Positions 20,285 through 30,792 of a DNA stretch of 64,000 nt are shown piece by piece. Source of the stretch: Candidatus Uhrbacteria bacterium (GTDB lineage: Bacteria > Patescibacteriota > Patescibacteriia > UBA9934 > GWF2-40-263); NCBI GenBank assembly GCA_023246355.1, contig JAHFIQ010000001.1, positions 145,887-209,886 of the forward strand, written 5' to 3'. A program made the translations under genes and the position numbers. The notes beneath the pieces are model-generated. The model had not been told where the DNA came from. It searched no databases and saw only the letters and a list, made by a program, of their open reading frames with translations. Position 1 is the first letter of the stretch. Every line of letters begins with the position of its first letter.

Positions 20285-21358
20285 ATGCAACACATCGCTC
20301 TTATTGGCTGCGGAAGAGTCGCCTCACATATCGCACAATTTTTGGAACAGGGAATGCGCGGCGTTCAGGTCATACACGTTTGTGACATCGTCACCGAACG
20401 AGCAGATGCCATGGCCTTGCGGCTTGGGACTCACGCCGTCTATGACATGAGTGAGGTGTTACAAAACCCCGACGTGACGACGGTTTTGATTCTCACTGAA
20501 TCAGGAAATCATGGAACCCACGCACGTGAAGCCTTGCTTGCTGGCAAACATGTGATCGTTGAAAAGCCGATCGGATTAATTCCTGATGAGGTCATCGAAA
20601 ACGAACGCATCGCGAGAGAGAAAAACCTCCTGTATGCCGCCATCAAACAAAACAGATTTAATCCCGCGATCGAGCAATTAAAAAAAACATCTGACGCAGG
20701 ACGCTTTGGAAAACTGGTCCTTGGAAGTATTCGACTGATCTGGTGCAGACCGCAAGCCTACTACGAGGATGGCTGGCACGGCACCTGGGCCATGGACGGA
20801 GGGGTTATCAGCCAACAAGCCATCCATCATATCGATGCTCTCCAATGGATCTGTGGTCCAATCACCGAGGTTGTGAGCGCACAAACAAATGCGTTGAACC
20901 GCCTGGAAGCTGAGGACACAACCGTGGCTCTTGTTCGATTCCAAAACGGAGGGCTTGGAACGATTGAGGCAACAACCGCCGCACGGCCGACGGATAAAGA
21001 AGCATCGATCACGATCGTTGGAGAAAAAGGCATGGCACAGATTGGTGGCGTGGCACTAAACAACATCACCCAATGGGAATTTACAGAACCACACCCAGAG
21101 GATCAAAACACACAGAAGCACTACTCACAAGAAGTTCCAAATGGATATGGTCTTTCACACGGACCCCTCCTCCAGGAAATCTTCGACCGTCTCAACCGGG
21201 GAAACATCATCCCCCCCATTACGGCATTGGATGCGCTATCGAGCGTACGGATCGTTCACGCCCTGTACAAAAGCGCCGAGGAACATCGCTGGGTAACGGT
21301 GGATGAACAGGTCCGTTCTGCGCGTTTGGGAAATCCATCCACGCGAGCAACTGTATGA
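20285..21358 (+). CDS. Gfo/Idh/MocA oxidoreductase (NDP-sugar dehydrogenase-like)
   Basis: IALIGCGRV, GKHVIVEKP, QNRFNP, WHGTWAMDGG, HHID. Confidence 0.88.
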   Translation: MQHIALIGCGRVASHIAQFLEQGMRGVQVIHVCDIVTERADAMALRLGTHAVYDMSEVLQNPDVTTVLILTESGNHGTHAREALLAGKHVIVEKPIGLIPDEVIENERIAREKNLLYAAIKQNRFNPAIEQLKKTSDAGRFGKLVLGSIRLIWCRPQAYYEDGWHGTWAMDGGVISQQAIHHIDALQWICGPITEVVSAQTNALNRLEAEDTTVALVRFQNGGLGTIEATTAARPTDKEASITIVGEKGMAQIGGVALNNITQWEFTEPHPEDQNTQKHYSQEVPNGYGLSHGPLLQEIFDRLNRGNIIPPITALDALSSVRIVHALYKSAEEHRWVTVDEQVRSARLGNPSTRATV

Positions 21359-22269
21359 CCAGTCCTCTGCTCAACGCTGTCGACAATGGCGCCGCTTTGA
21401 ATCTGGGTGATTCCCTGTATTACGCCGCCATCCTCGGAACACACCCTTCCAAAGGAGCTCGCTCCCCGGTTTTATGGAATGCGGCTTTCAAAAACCTTGG
21501 AATCGACGCGCAGATGCATCCCATGGATGTCACGGCTGAAAACCTTCCGTTCGTTATAGACGAACTGAAAAAAGACCCTCGATTCATCGGAGGCGCCGTC
21601 ACCACCCCCCACAAACAAACCATCAGTTCACTGTTGGACGCACTCGAGGAAGAGGCCGAACTCATCGGCGCAGTAAATGCTCTCTATCGCAAGGATGGAA
21701 AACTCGTGGGAGCAAATACTGATGGTGCAGCAGCCCTGAAAAGTTTAGAAGCACACGCGGGTTCCATCCATGGAAAGACCGTTCTTCTCCTGGGTCTGGG
21801 AGGAGCCGGACGAGCCGTTGGGATCTATCTTGCCCGAGCGATCGGCAAAGAAGGCAAGCTGCTGCTCAGCAACCGAACGATCGACGTCGCCCAAAACGTC
21901 CAAGAAAAAACAGCATCATTTTGTCCCACAACGGTGATTCCTTGGCCTGTGGATGCGATAACCCTCTCACAATCTGATATCCTCATAAACGCCACAACCA
22001 TTGGCTTTGCAGGATCGGGGCAAGAGGATTTCTCTCCCATTGATGCCACTCTGATGCTGTCGCTTAGGCCAACCTCATTCGTCTTTGACCTCATCTATCA
22101 ACCCTTGGAGAGTCCTTTGCTGCGGCTTGCGCGGACGCGAGGGGCACAAACAATCAACGGCAAAGAGATGAACCTCGAGCAAGCCATCATTGCCTTTGAA
22201 AAAGCTGCTCGTGGAGTGGGGCAACAAGTTCCCGAAGGTTCGGTAAAGCCTCTCATGCAATCCGTTTAA
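21355..22269 (+). CDS. aroE: Shikimate dehydrogenase family protein
   Basis: SP..WN, AVTTPHK, GAVNAL, ANTDG, LGLGGAG, INATTIG, DLIYQP, ING..M..EQA. Confidence 0.85.
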   Translation: MTSPLLNAVDNGAALNLGDSLYYAAILGTHPSKGARSPVLWNAAFKNLGIDAQMHPMDVTAENLPFVIDELKKDPRFIGGAVTTPHKQTISSLLDALEEEAELIGAVNALYRKDGKLVGANTDGAAALKSLEAHAGSIHGKTVLLLGLGGAGRAVGIYLARAIGKEGKLLLSNRTIDVAQNVQEKTASFCPTTVIPWPVDAITLSQSDILINATTIGFAGSGQEDFSPIDATLMLSLRPTSFVFDLIYQPLESPLLRLARTRGAQTINGKEMNLEQAIIAFEKAARGVGQQVPEGSVKPLMQSV

Positions 22270-22278
22270 CATTTTTCT

Positions 22279-23205
22279 ATGAAAGACATTAGTGAAACCG
22301 ATCTCAAAAATAACCTTCCACTCTCCTGCAAACCTGGAATGAAGATTCCTGTGCACGTAGGCAACACCCAGGTGGGTGGCGAGGGACTCACGATCATGGC
22401 AGGACCGTGCACGGTGGAGAGTCGTGAACAAGTTTTCTCAATCGCGAAGGCTGTGAAAAATGCCGGAGCGACGATTCTTCGTGGGGGCGTCTTCAAACCT
22501 CTCACCTTCCCTTACGGAGACCCACTCTTACTCGCCGACGCTGGGACAGACGGAGAAAACCTTCCTCGCACACACATTCTTTCCAAACAAGAAACCCTTG
22601 AACGGGCAGAGCGCCGATTCAGGTATTTTGCTGAGGCAGGAAAATCCGTTGGACTCCCAATTGTTTCAGAAGCAATTGTGGCGGATGCGATTGAGATGAT
22701 GGAGCCATATGTGGACATGTTCCAAGTCGGCTATCGATCCATGTTCAACATGGACTTGCTCTATCGCTTATGCAAAACCGAAAAGCCCGTGCTCTTGAAA
22801 CGTCATGCGGGAGAATCGATCCGAAGCCTTTTGGGAGTGGTCGAACATTTCTATGCACGTGGAAAAACAAACCTCGTGGTCTGTGAGCGTGGCGTTGCTG
22901 TCCCACACACGCACAATAGTGCTTCTCGCGCCATCCTGGATATCCAAGCGATTGTCGCTCTGAATGAATACGCCCCTACCATTCCGGTGATCGCTGATCC
23001 AAGCCACTCCACGTTTAAACGGTCGTACGTTCAAGCGATGAGCCGCGCGGCGATAGCCGCTGGAGCCGACGGTCTTCTGATCGATGTCCATCCTGATCCA
23101 GAACACGCTTGGGTCGATCCGCTCCAAGCGCTCAATTTTGATCAGTTTGGCGAACTCATGAAGGATGTACGATCCATCGCTCTCACGGTCGGCAGAACTC
23201 TATGA
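22279..23205 (+). CDS. Class I-beta DAHP synthase / KDO8P synthase family protein (divergent)
   Basis: [44 protein letters not shown]; the usual KPRTS reads KPLTF. Confidence 0.82.
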   Translation: MKDISETDLKNNLPLSCKPGMKIPVHVGNTQVGGEGLTIMAGPCTVESREQVFSIAKAVKNAGATILRGGVFKPLTFPYGDPLLLADAGTDGENLPRTHILSKQETLERAERRFRYFAEAGKSVGLPIVSEAIVADAIEMMEPYVDMFQVGYRSMFNMDLLYRLCKTEKPVLLKRHAGESIRSLLGVVEHFYARGKTNLVVCERGVAVPHTHNSASRAILDIQAIVALNEYAPTIPVIADPSHSTFKRSYVQAMSRAAIAAGADGLLIDVHPDPEHAWVDPLQALNFDQFGELMKDVRSIALTVGRTL

Positions 23206-24611
23206 CCCAACCGCTCGTCTCCATCATCATACGCACAAAAAACGAGGAGGCATGGATCGGCCGCACCCTTCGTGCTGTTGAAACTCAAACATACCGAAAT
23301 TACGAAGTCATTATTGTGGACACAGGATCTACAGATCGCACGCTTGAAATCGCAAAAAAATTTCCCTGCCAGATTGTGTGCGACGAAACAGTTCCCTATC
23401 GTCCGGGTCGTGTGCTCAACAGAGGCATCCACGCATCGAACGGTTCGTTGTTGGTTCTCTTATCTGCTCATGCCGTCCCAGTGGATGAGACATGGCTTGC
23501 ACAACTGGTCTCCACCATTTTGGAAGACGAACAAACCGCTGGGGTCTATGGGCGTCAACTCCCGCTTCCCGAATCCTCTCCGTTTGATAAGCGTGATCTG
23601 TTGATCACCTTTGGACCAGAAAAAAGGGTTCAGCGAAAAGACAACTTTTTCCATAACGCAAATGCGATTATTCGTCGCGACCTGTGGGAACGCATACCGT
23701 TTGACGAGACGGCAACCAATATTGAAGACCGTCTCTGGACCAAGGCGGTTCAAGAACATGGATTTTCTGTAACCTACGAACCCGAAGCACGCGTCTATCA
23801 CCATCATGGCATCCATCAATACGGAAACGTCAGCCGTTGTGAAACCACCGTGACTATTTTAGAACAGTTAGAAACGGTTGGTGTCTCGGCACAGGAGATG
23901 GATCATCAACTTGCATACGAGGGCGCACAACAGATGCTCACCATCTTGCCTATGAGCCATGAGGACACGGAACGGCTGTTGGAAATCCCCTATGGATCTG
24001 ATCAACCATTTCTTAACCATGTCCTGAGGGAAATCGCGCGATCCTCACTGATCCACCGGGTCGTTGTGGCAACCGCACATCCAATCGCCCTTGAACTGGC
24101 GAAGACGTTTGGATTTGAAACGTTTTTTTATCTGACACCCATGTTCAATGGTCCAGAAGCCTCTTTAGAAGAGGTCCTTCAAGCCACACTCACGTTTGTT
24201 AAAGAAACATCTGGGTTCACCCCTTCGCATGTCCTTTTTTTGAAAGGAACCCACGTCTTTCGCAGCGCGGAACTCATGAATGCGCTTATCAAAAAAGCGT
24301 TCATCGAAAAGGAAGACTCTGTCTTTGTGGCAAGAAAAGAATACCGCGCCGTGTGGGCTTTAGAGCAAGGGACGTTCGTGCGCAAGGACAGTGGCTTTAT
24401 CAAACACGAACAAAAAGAGCCACTCTGGATGGGATACATGGGTCTAGGATGCATCACCAAAACAGCGTTCATCCAAGCTGGAAATCGATTAGGAGAATCG
24501 GTAGCCGTTGTCCCCATGAATAACGCCTTGATGCTCCTGGACATCCAGAATGCTACAGAGCGGGAAATGGCAAAACATCTGTTCGTAAAACGCCACGACA
24601 TGCATCTATGA
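23202..24611 (+). CDS. GT2 glycosyltransferase with C-terminal cytidylyltransferase-like domain
   Basis: [19 protein letters not shown]-domain. C-half resembles the next gene (RVVVAT, DSV, R.DSGF, G.RLG, D(I/V)) but lacks the PARGGSK motif. Confidence 0.78.
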   Translation: MTQPLVSIIIRTKNEEAWIGRTLRAVETQTYRNYEVIIVDTGSTDRTLEIAKKFPCQIVCDETVPYRPGRVLNRGIHASNGSLLVLLSAHAVPVDETWLAQLVSTILEDEQTAGVYGRQLPLPESSPFDKRDLLITFGPEKRVQRKDNFFHNANAIIRRDLWERIPFDETATNIEDRLWTKAVQEHGFSVTYEPEARVYHHHGIHQYGNVSRCETTVTILEQLETVGVSAQEMDHQLAYEGAQQMLTILPMSHEDTERLLEIPYGSDQPFLNHVLREIARSSLIHRVVVATAHPIALELAKTFGFETFFYLTPMFNGPEASLEEVLQATLTFVKETSGFTPSHVLFLKGTHVFRSAELMNALIKKAFIEKEDSVFVARKEYRAVWALEQGTFVRKDSGFIKHEQKEPLWMGYMGLGCITKTAFIQAGNRLGESVAVVPMNNALMLLDIQNATEREMAKHLFVKRHDMHL

Positions 24612-25309
24612 ACCCGCCAAACATTGTCGCCATTGTCCCTGCCAGAGGTGGATCAAAAGGGCTTCCAAAAAAAAATCTGCAACTTCTCAATGGACATCCG
24701 TTGATCACCTATGCGATTGCTGCGGCAAAACGCTGTGAACGAATCGCGCGCGTAATCGTCGCAACAGACGATCAAACAATTGCTGATGTTGCCGTACGCT
24801 CTGGAGCAGAGGTTCCCTTCTTGTTGCCACAGGATCTCGTCCAAGACCATACACGTTTGGAAGACACGTTTGCCTATGTCACGCAGTGGCTGCTCAAACA
24901 AGATCCTACGATTGAGTACATCTGCTTTGTTGATCCCACGCGACCTGTTCGACCACCTCATTTCTTGAATGATGCCCTGGGAGCTCTTCTTGAGAGTGGC
25001 CAGGATTCCGTCATCAGCGGAGTACACGAACATAAGTCGGTCTGGAAAAAAACAGATGCTCGGCTTGAACGGCTGGATAGTGGATTTACTGTTCGGCAAC
25101 TCAAGCCTGACCAGATCTACGTGTGCTATAGCGGCCTAATCACATGCACGAAAGCCTCGTTCATGGCAAAGGGAGAACGTCTGGGTCCCACTGTTCTTAT
25201 CTGGGAATTCGATGACCACAACATGACCGTCGACGTTCACACCAAGGACGACCTGCGTTTAGCCGAGCTGATTCTCAACGAGTGGCGTGACCGCTATGTG
25301 ATACCGTAG
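24608..25309 (+). CDS. Acylneuraminate/Kdo-type cytidylyltransferase (CMP-ulosonate synthetase family)
   Basis: AIVPARGGSKGLPKKN, VIVATDD, GAEVPF, PT.P.R. Confidence 0.88.
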   Translation: MNPPNIVAIVPARGGSKGLPKKNLQLLNGHPLITYAIAAAKRCERIARVIVATDDQTIADVAVRSGAEVPFLLPQDLVQDHTRLEDTFAYVTQWLLKQDPTIEYICFVDPTRPVRPPHFLNDALGALLESGQDSVISGVHEHKSVWKKTDARLERLDSGFTVRQLKPDQIYVCYSGLITCTKASFMAKGERLGPTVLIWEFDDHNMTVDVHTKDDLRLAELILNEWRDRYVIP

Positions 25310-25313
25310 ATGT

Positions 25314-26840
25314 ATGACCTCATGGCCTACTTCATTTAACGCCCAAGCTCGACACATAAACGACTCTCAGCAACGGGAGTTCGCTGACCACTGGTACCTC
25401 CATCAAGAAAAAGATCTCACGATCCAAGATGGAATTTCTTATGGCGGCCTTCTTCGTTTGCCTGTTTTTTTGTTGATGACTGAAACATTTCAAAAAAAGA
25501 CGCGCCTGGACTCGATATGGAAACTCGTAAAAACGATTGTTGCAATGCTCTGGATGTTTGCCTCTCTTCTTGTGCGCCCCCCAAAAAAAAATCCCCAAAA
25601 CCAACATTCTGGTCGTGAATATGCCTTCCTCTATGCCAAGCACGCGCCTACAGGAGCTATCGCAAAAACGCTCGATCCCATCATCCAAGCACTCAATACG
25701 CGTGGCGAATCCGTCCGTCTATTTACCTTTGACGAGAAGCAGCGCGATGCTCTACAAACCCAGTACCCCACGCTGCCTTGCGTGAATCTATCGGAAGGAT
25801 CCGTTTCCTTCAGTCATGTCTGGTCGCTTTTCAGGATGCTTGTGCGAACCACCTGTATCCTTCTCTTCTCAGCCAAACGCGCGAATCTATTCGATGCCCT
25901 TGGCCAATGGTACTATCATGCTCCAAGATTTCTGCAGATAGATCAGTCCCTGGAAACAGAGCTGCACAAAGACACAATCATCGTTTCAGCGACCGAGATG
26001 CATCCCCATGAACGACTCGTATTTACGCGTGCCAAGACACGAACCATTTCTACCATCCTCATTCAACATGGCGTTACGGACCAGACAATAAAAAATCAGG
26101 TAGTGAACACTCCCTCGATCGCATCACACGTGTTCGTTTGGGGGGAACATGCAAAACGCTATTTTCTCAAACATGGCGTGCCAGAACAACGTGTGACTGT
26201 CACAGGTTCGCCAGCACTCACCTCCCTATTTCACTCTCTCAAACGACCTTCTCGCGAAACAATACTCACACCATTTGCTCTCCCGAATCGTGCATTCATT
26301 CTCTTTTCCGGACAACATTTCGATCGTGAAAAAAATACGGCTCTGTGCACATTGATGCTCGAGGCGTACAAACGCTTCTCCTCAATGACACAAGAACCGC
26401 CCGCACTGCTTATCACTCCACACCCAGCAAAAAGTCCTTACTCCACGGTCTCTTTTTACACGAACCTCGTGGAAAAACATGACCTCAATCTGGAAGGGAA
26501 CGTCTTTGTGAGATCTGCAAAAAACCAAATTGGTGAACTGCTTGAAATGGCGGATCTTCTGATCACCTCTTCCTCGACCCTCCATGTGGAAGCGGCGATC
26601 AAAGGAATCCCTGTGATCCTCCTCAATATCGATGGAGTTCCCGACATGGATATGGTTACGGACAAAGCCGCACGAGCTGCCCATACGGAAGAAGAACTCA
26701 CAGATGCTCTACGATCGCTTCAAAATCCAATCGTCCGGGAATCTCTCCAGACGCATGTGCCTCGCTTTCTTGAGTCCTATATCTCCTACCCTGATAATGC
26801 TGTCACACGAGTCACCGAAAAACTTTTGACCATCCGTTAA
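25314..26840 (+). CDS. GT-B fold polysaccharide biosynthesis protein (candidate CMP-ulosonate transferase)
   Basis: ILIQHG, VFVWGE, VTGSP, PHP, SSTLHVEAAIKGIPVI motifs; position after the cytidylyltransferases. Confidence 0.6.
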   Translation: MTSWPTSFNAQARHINDSQQREFADHWYLHQEKDLTIQDGISYGGLLRLPVFLLMTETFQKKTRLDSIWKLVKTIVAMLWMFASLLVRPPKKNPQNQHSGREYAFLYAKHAPTGAIAKTLDPIIQALNTRGESVRLFTFDEKQRDALQTQYPTLPCVNLSEGSVSFSHVWSLFRMLVRTTCILLFSAKRANLFDALGQWYYHAPRFLQIDQSLETELHKDTIIVSATEMHPHERLVFTRAKTRTISTILIQHGVTDQTIKNQVVNTPSIASHVFVWGEHAKRYFLKHGVPEQRVTVTGSPALTSLFHSLKRPSRETILTPFALPNRAFILFSGQHFDREKNTALCTLMLEAYKRFSSMTQEPPALLITPHPAKSPYSTVSFYTNLVEKHDLNLEGNVFVRSAKNQIGELLEMADLLITSSSTLHVEAAIKGIPVILLNIDGVPDMDMVTDKAARAAHTEEELTDALRSLQNPIVRESLQTHVPRFLESYISYPDNAVTRVTEKLLTIR

Positions 26841-26844
26841 CCGT

Positions 26845-27852
26845 ATGACCTGTCCTGTCTGCCACAGTCCAACCGCACGACGATGGTGTTCTTGCCATGA
26901 TCACTTGATGAAAAAACCTCTTCCGGGTCGAACGTTTTATCGTTGTCTTTCCTGCGACTTGGTCTACCTATCACCACAGACGTCGACCACAGACTACGAG
27001 GAACACTACGGTGAAGGGTATATTTCTCACAAGCACGTGCCTTCAAAACCCCCTCGTGAATCGTATGCTTCTCAGAAGCTCCTCCAACTCCGAGGGCAGA
27101 TCTGGCAAGAGCTCTTTCAGGTACCCATGGGTCTGGTATCCTCGGGCCTATTCACTCGATGGATGCTCCTGCTTATACGAAGATCTGTTTTCTTTCGCTC
27201 TACACCACTCAAATGCGATGGGAACGGAAAGAAGCTGTTAGATGTCGGAAGCGGAGCCGGACAGTTCTTGACGGCGCAGTCACAACGAGGCTGGAACGTC
27301 CATGGCTTGGAACCTGCACCAAGAATGGTTGAGGAGAGCAGGGCGCGCGGACTGGATGTTCGCCAGGGATTTTCCATCGCACCGTATTTTCCTACACCAA
27401 CCTTTCATTTCATTGTCCTCAATCAAGTGTTTGAACATCTCACAGACCCACAGGTCATGTTAAAAGAAGGACACGATGCTCTCAGAGAAAACGGAATCCT
27501 TTACATGAACATGCCAAACGCACGCAGTCTTCCCGCATGGCTCTTTCGTGGCTTTTGGTTTAATCTAGATGCACCCCGACATAATCTCCTCTTCTCCCCT
27601 TCGGTCATCAGACGCCTACTCGTACAAGAGAACTTTGAAGTGCTCATGCTCTACACGTCCTCAAGTACAAAGGGGTTCACGGGCTCCATAGAGTACCTGC
27701 TCCGTGATGTATTTCACCTTCCACTCCCCGAAGGATCTGTGAGAAAAAATAAATGGTTCAACCGCTGTTTAGTACCATTCGTTCGCCTTATTGATTGGTT
27801 TGGCGTGGGAGACAATCTCCATGTCATTGCTCGAAAAAAATCCATCCTATGA
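26845..27852 (+). CDS. SAM-dependent methyltransferase with N-terminal Zn-binding motif
   Basis: CPVC...CLSC, LLDVGSGAG, VFEHL, DAPRH. Confidence 0.87.
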   Translation: MTCPVCHSPTARRWCSCHDHLMKKPLPGRTFYRCLSCDLVYLSPQTSTTDYEEHYGEGYISHKHVPSKPPRESYASQKLLQLRGQIWQELFQVPMGLVSSGLFTRWMLLLIRRSVFFRSTPLKCDGNGKKLLDVGSGAGQFLTAQSQRGWNVHGLEPAPRMVEESRARGLDVRQGFSIAPYFPTPTFHFIVLNQVFEHLTDPQVMLKEGHDALRENGILYMNMPNARSLPAWLFRGFWFNLDAPRHNLLFSPSVIRRLLVQENFEVLMLYTSSSTKGFTGSIEYLLRDVFHLPLPEGSVRKNKWFNRCLVPFVRLIDWFGVGDNLHVIARKKSIL

Positions 27853-28826
27853 AGGAAGCTCTTTGTCTTCTGTGCAACCAAGACAACGCATCGGTACTGC
27901 TCATCAATAAAGGGGATCCTTTCCGGACAAGCATCAACGGACGGGAAACACGCTATGTGGTCTGCAACCTGTGTGGTTTTGTGTATCAGAATCCAAAACT
28001 AGATGAACAGGAAATTGAAAACCTGTACACAAAAGAGACCTACGATAAAAAAGACACACGTATCACGGAAGCCTATCAACAGAAAAAAGAAGAATACGCA
28101 AAACAGAGCTTTGACTGGATCGCCAAACACAGACAGGTTTCAACACAGACGAACGAATCTAAAATTCTCGATATCGGATGCAATACAGGCGCCCTCTTAT
28201 CCCTGTTCAAACAGCAAGGTTGGCAATGTTATGGGGTTGAACCTTCACAAAACATGTCGACCATAGCGAAAGAACGCTACGGCCTGACACAGGTCTCAAC
28301 TCACCTTTTTAAAGAAGGACTGTTCGCTCCAGCCTCGTTCTCCTTTGTCTCCCTTCTCCACACGCTTGAACACCTTGAAAACCCAGCGATCATGCTCAAG
28401 GAAATAGCGCAGGTCTTGAATCCCGATGGCACGGTGTACATCGAGGTGCCGGATATCTACCAACCAAAAAGTTGCTTCTATACATCCTACTTTGCCGCAC
28501 CGCACCTCTACGTTTTTTCCCCTCATTCTCTAGAGCGACTTCTCGCCCAACACGGTTTTCAGACCATCGCCCGTGGTGCCGTTCCTCGTGGAATCTGCGT
28601 GCTTGCAAAGAAAGCGGAACCGCGCGACCTTCCCCTCACAGACGATTCCACGAACATCATCTTTCAGATCACACAGTATAAAAAGATTCATGACCGCCAC
28701 GCGTTTCTCTATCGATACATCGCCCAGAGCCTTCCTGCGCGTATCCTCATCAAACTCCGCCTTCCGATTATCAGCTCTGCGCTCTCCCGATGTACAGAAC
28801 GGGTCCGTGTCAATAAAATCATCTAA
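27849..28826 (+). CDS. SAM-dependent methyltransferase with N-terminal Zn-binding motif
   Basis: CLLC...CNLC, ILDIGCNTG, HTLEHL, IEVPD. Confidence 0.87.
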   Translation: MKEALCLLCNQDNASVLLINKGDPFRTSINGRETRYVVCNLCGFVYQNPKLDEQEIENLYTKETYDKKDTRITEAYQQKKEEYAKQSFDWIAKHRQVSTQTNESKILDIGCNTGALLSLFKQQGWQCYGVEPSQNMSTIAKERYGLTQVSTHLFKEGLFAPASFSFVSLLHTLEHLENPAIMLKEIAQVLNPDGTVYIEVPDIYQPKSCFYTSYFAAPHLYVFSPHSLERLLAQHGFQTIARGAVPRGICVLAKKAEPRDLPLTDDSTNIIFQITQYKKIHDRHAFLYRYIAQSLPARILIKLRLPIISSALSRCTERVRVNKII

Positions 28827-28835
28827 ATCATTTCC

Positions 28836-29924
28836 ATGCCCTCCGAGTGGTTGAACAATCTTCGCACACACCTCTTGCTCTTTCTTGAACAACAAAGAGA
28901 TGAAACCATCCCTGGATATTTTCGTTATGCGTTCTCTGGTGATGTCTTTCAAAATAAAAATCGATCAAACCTCGCCGGAAGTATCTTTGCGCTCAAGCTG
29001 TACCACATGCTCAACATGCACCAAGCGGCACCCACGCATTCGGCCATTGAACGCATTCTGAGCTTCCAAAAGTCAGATGGAACGATCTACGATCCGTTTA
29101 TCTATCGAAAAAGTTTTATAAGAAATCTTCTTTCAAATCTTTCAAAAGCCAAGACACACAACCTTAATAACGATGAATACATTCGAGCGGAAACACGACA
29201 GGCCTACTCTGCCCTTCTTCTGTATGACATCATCCCTGATCATCTATACGCCAACATCCCAACACAACCTGATGCAGTCAAAAAATACATTGACACGCTC
29301 GACTGGAAGCGACCATGGGGAGCTGGAAGCCACGTAAGTCACCTCTTGTTTTTTTTGTCCCTCTTGAGAAAGGCAAAACGGCTAGATGAGACAACGTACA
29401 ACGATGCTCGCGAAATGACTCTGAGCTCTCTCTCTTCTCTTCAGCACAACTCTGATGGCACTTGGTATACCGGCCTTCCATCGCCCAGACAAAAAGTGAA
29501 TGGTGCCATGAAAGTGATCACCGGCCTGCTCATCGACAATGTCCCCTTCACGTATCCTGATCGCTTGATTGATCTGTGTCTGCACACTGACACGCAACAG
29601 ACATCCGATGCGTGTGATCAAATAAATCAAGTACTCGTATTGCGCTACGCAGACGAACAGTGCCAGCACAGTCATCGTCGGGACGAGATATTCACATTCT
29701 GCGAAAAAATCCTCTGGCAATGGCAAGACTATTATCATCAAAACGAAGGAGGTTTTTCCTTTCACAAAAATCGTGCGAATGATCGCTATTACGGTGCAAA
29801 CGTAAGCCGTGGACTGAACGAACCAGACATCCATGGGACGGTTCTGTTTGTCTGGGGACTGAGCCTGATGGCGAAACTGATTCCGCTCCCAGAATTGGAC
29901 TGGCTACAAGAAATGAAAAGTTGA
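28836..29924 (+). CDS. Hypothetical protein, possibly alpha/alpha-barrel (prenyltransferase-like repeats)
   Basis: 362-aa ORF coupled within the operon; QKSDG, QHNSDGTW, EGGFSF motifs resemble QW-type repeats. Confidence 0.6.
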   Translation: MPSEWLNNLRTHLLLFLEQQRDETIPGYFRYAFSGDVFQNKNRSNLAGSIFALKLYHMLNMHQAAPTHSAIERILSFQKSDGTIYDPFIYRKSFIRNLLSNLSKAKTHNLNNDEYIRAETRQAYSALLLYDIIPDHLYANIPTQPDAVKKYIDTLDWKRPWGAGSHVSHLLFFLSLLRKAKRLDETTYNDAREMTLSSLSSLQHNSDGTWYTGLPSPRQKVNGAMKVITGLLIDNVPFTYPDRLIDLCLHTDTQQTSDACDQINQVLVLRYADEQCQHSHRRDEIFTFCEKILWQWQDYYHQNEGGFSFHKNRANDRYYGANVSRGLNEPDIHGTVLFVWGLSLMAKLIPLPELDWLQEMKS

Positions 29925-30757
29925 TGTCTATGACTGTTTCCATTCTCCTTTCCGTCTTCAACGGCGAACGTTTCCTGCGACAAGCTGTCGACAGTCTTCT
30001 GACACAGACCTACCGAGATTTCGAATTGTGGATCGTGAATGACGCATCAACAGATCAAACACCACAAATTTTGGATCAACTCTCCCGTGAAGATTCTCGA
30101 GTCCGTATCATCACAAACGAGAGGAACCTCGGTCTCACAAAATCACTCAACCTCGCCCTTGCCCAAGCTCAAGGCTCCTCCATCGCTCGTATGGATGCCG
30201 ACGATATCGCTCTCCCTGAGCGGCTTGAAAAACAAGTCGCCTATCTTGATGCCCATCCTGATATTGACGTGGTCGGAACCGCCTATCAATTTATCAACGC
30301 ACAGAATCGCGTGATCGGTGAGCGTCATCCGTCGACAGACGATGAACAGATTCGCCGTAAACTCATTATTCACAATCCATTCCTCCACAGCTCAGTCCTG
30401 ATCCGAAGAGCACTCCTTGACCAAGTCCATGGCTATGACGAACGTTTCCGCCGCGCACAAGACTACGACTTATGGATGCGACTGGAGCCTCTGACGAAAC
30501 TCGCCAACCTCCCGAATATTCTCATGCAAAAACGTTTCACAACTGACATGATCTCGTATGCATCTGAACGTGAACAAATCAAAACAGCTGTGACCATCCG
30601 TGTAGCCGCCATCCGTCGAGGTCAGTATCCTTGGTGGTGCGCCATCTATCTGATTAAACCGTTCCTCGCCACCATCCTCCCGCTTCCCTTGGTCCGATTC
30701 TTGCGGACCCACGTCTTTGGACAAAAAATCTATGCTCACCCCTTCGTACAAAAATAG
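29924..30757 (+). CDS. Glycosyltransferase family 2
   Basis: VSILLSVFNGE, NDASTD, ARMDADD, HSSV, AQDYDLW. Confidence 0.92.
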   Translation: MSMTVSILLSVFNGERFLRQAVDSLLTQTYRDFELWIVNDASTDQTPQILDQLSREDSRVRIITNERNLGLTKSLNLALAQAQGSSIARMDADDIALPERLEKQVAYLDAHPDIDVVGTAYQFINAQNRVIGERHPSTDDEQIRRKLIIHNPFLHSSVLIRRALLDQVHGYDERFRRAQDYDLWMRLEPLTKLANLPNILMQKRFTTDMISYASEREQIKTAVTIRVAAIRRGQYPWWCAIYLIKPFLATILPLPLVRFLRTHVFGQKIYAHPFVQK

Positions 30758-30792
30758 TGAGCTGAGGACTTGTGTAGCAAAATTTTTCTCAC

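Noticed and set aside
21355-23205. Ordinary aromatic amino acid operon
   Set aside because: The other aro genes are absent from the window and both genes sit inside a glycan operon next to cytidylyltransferases.
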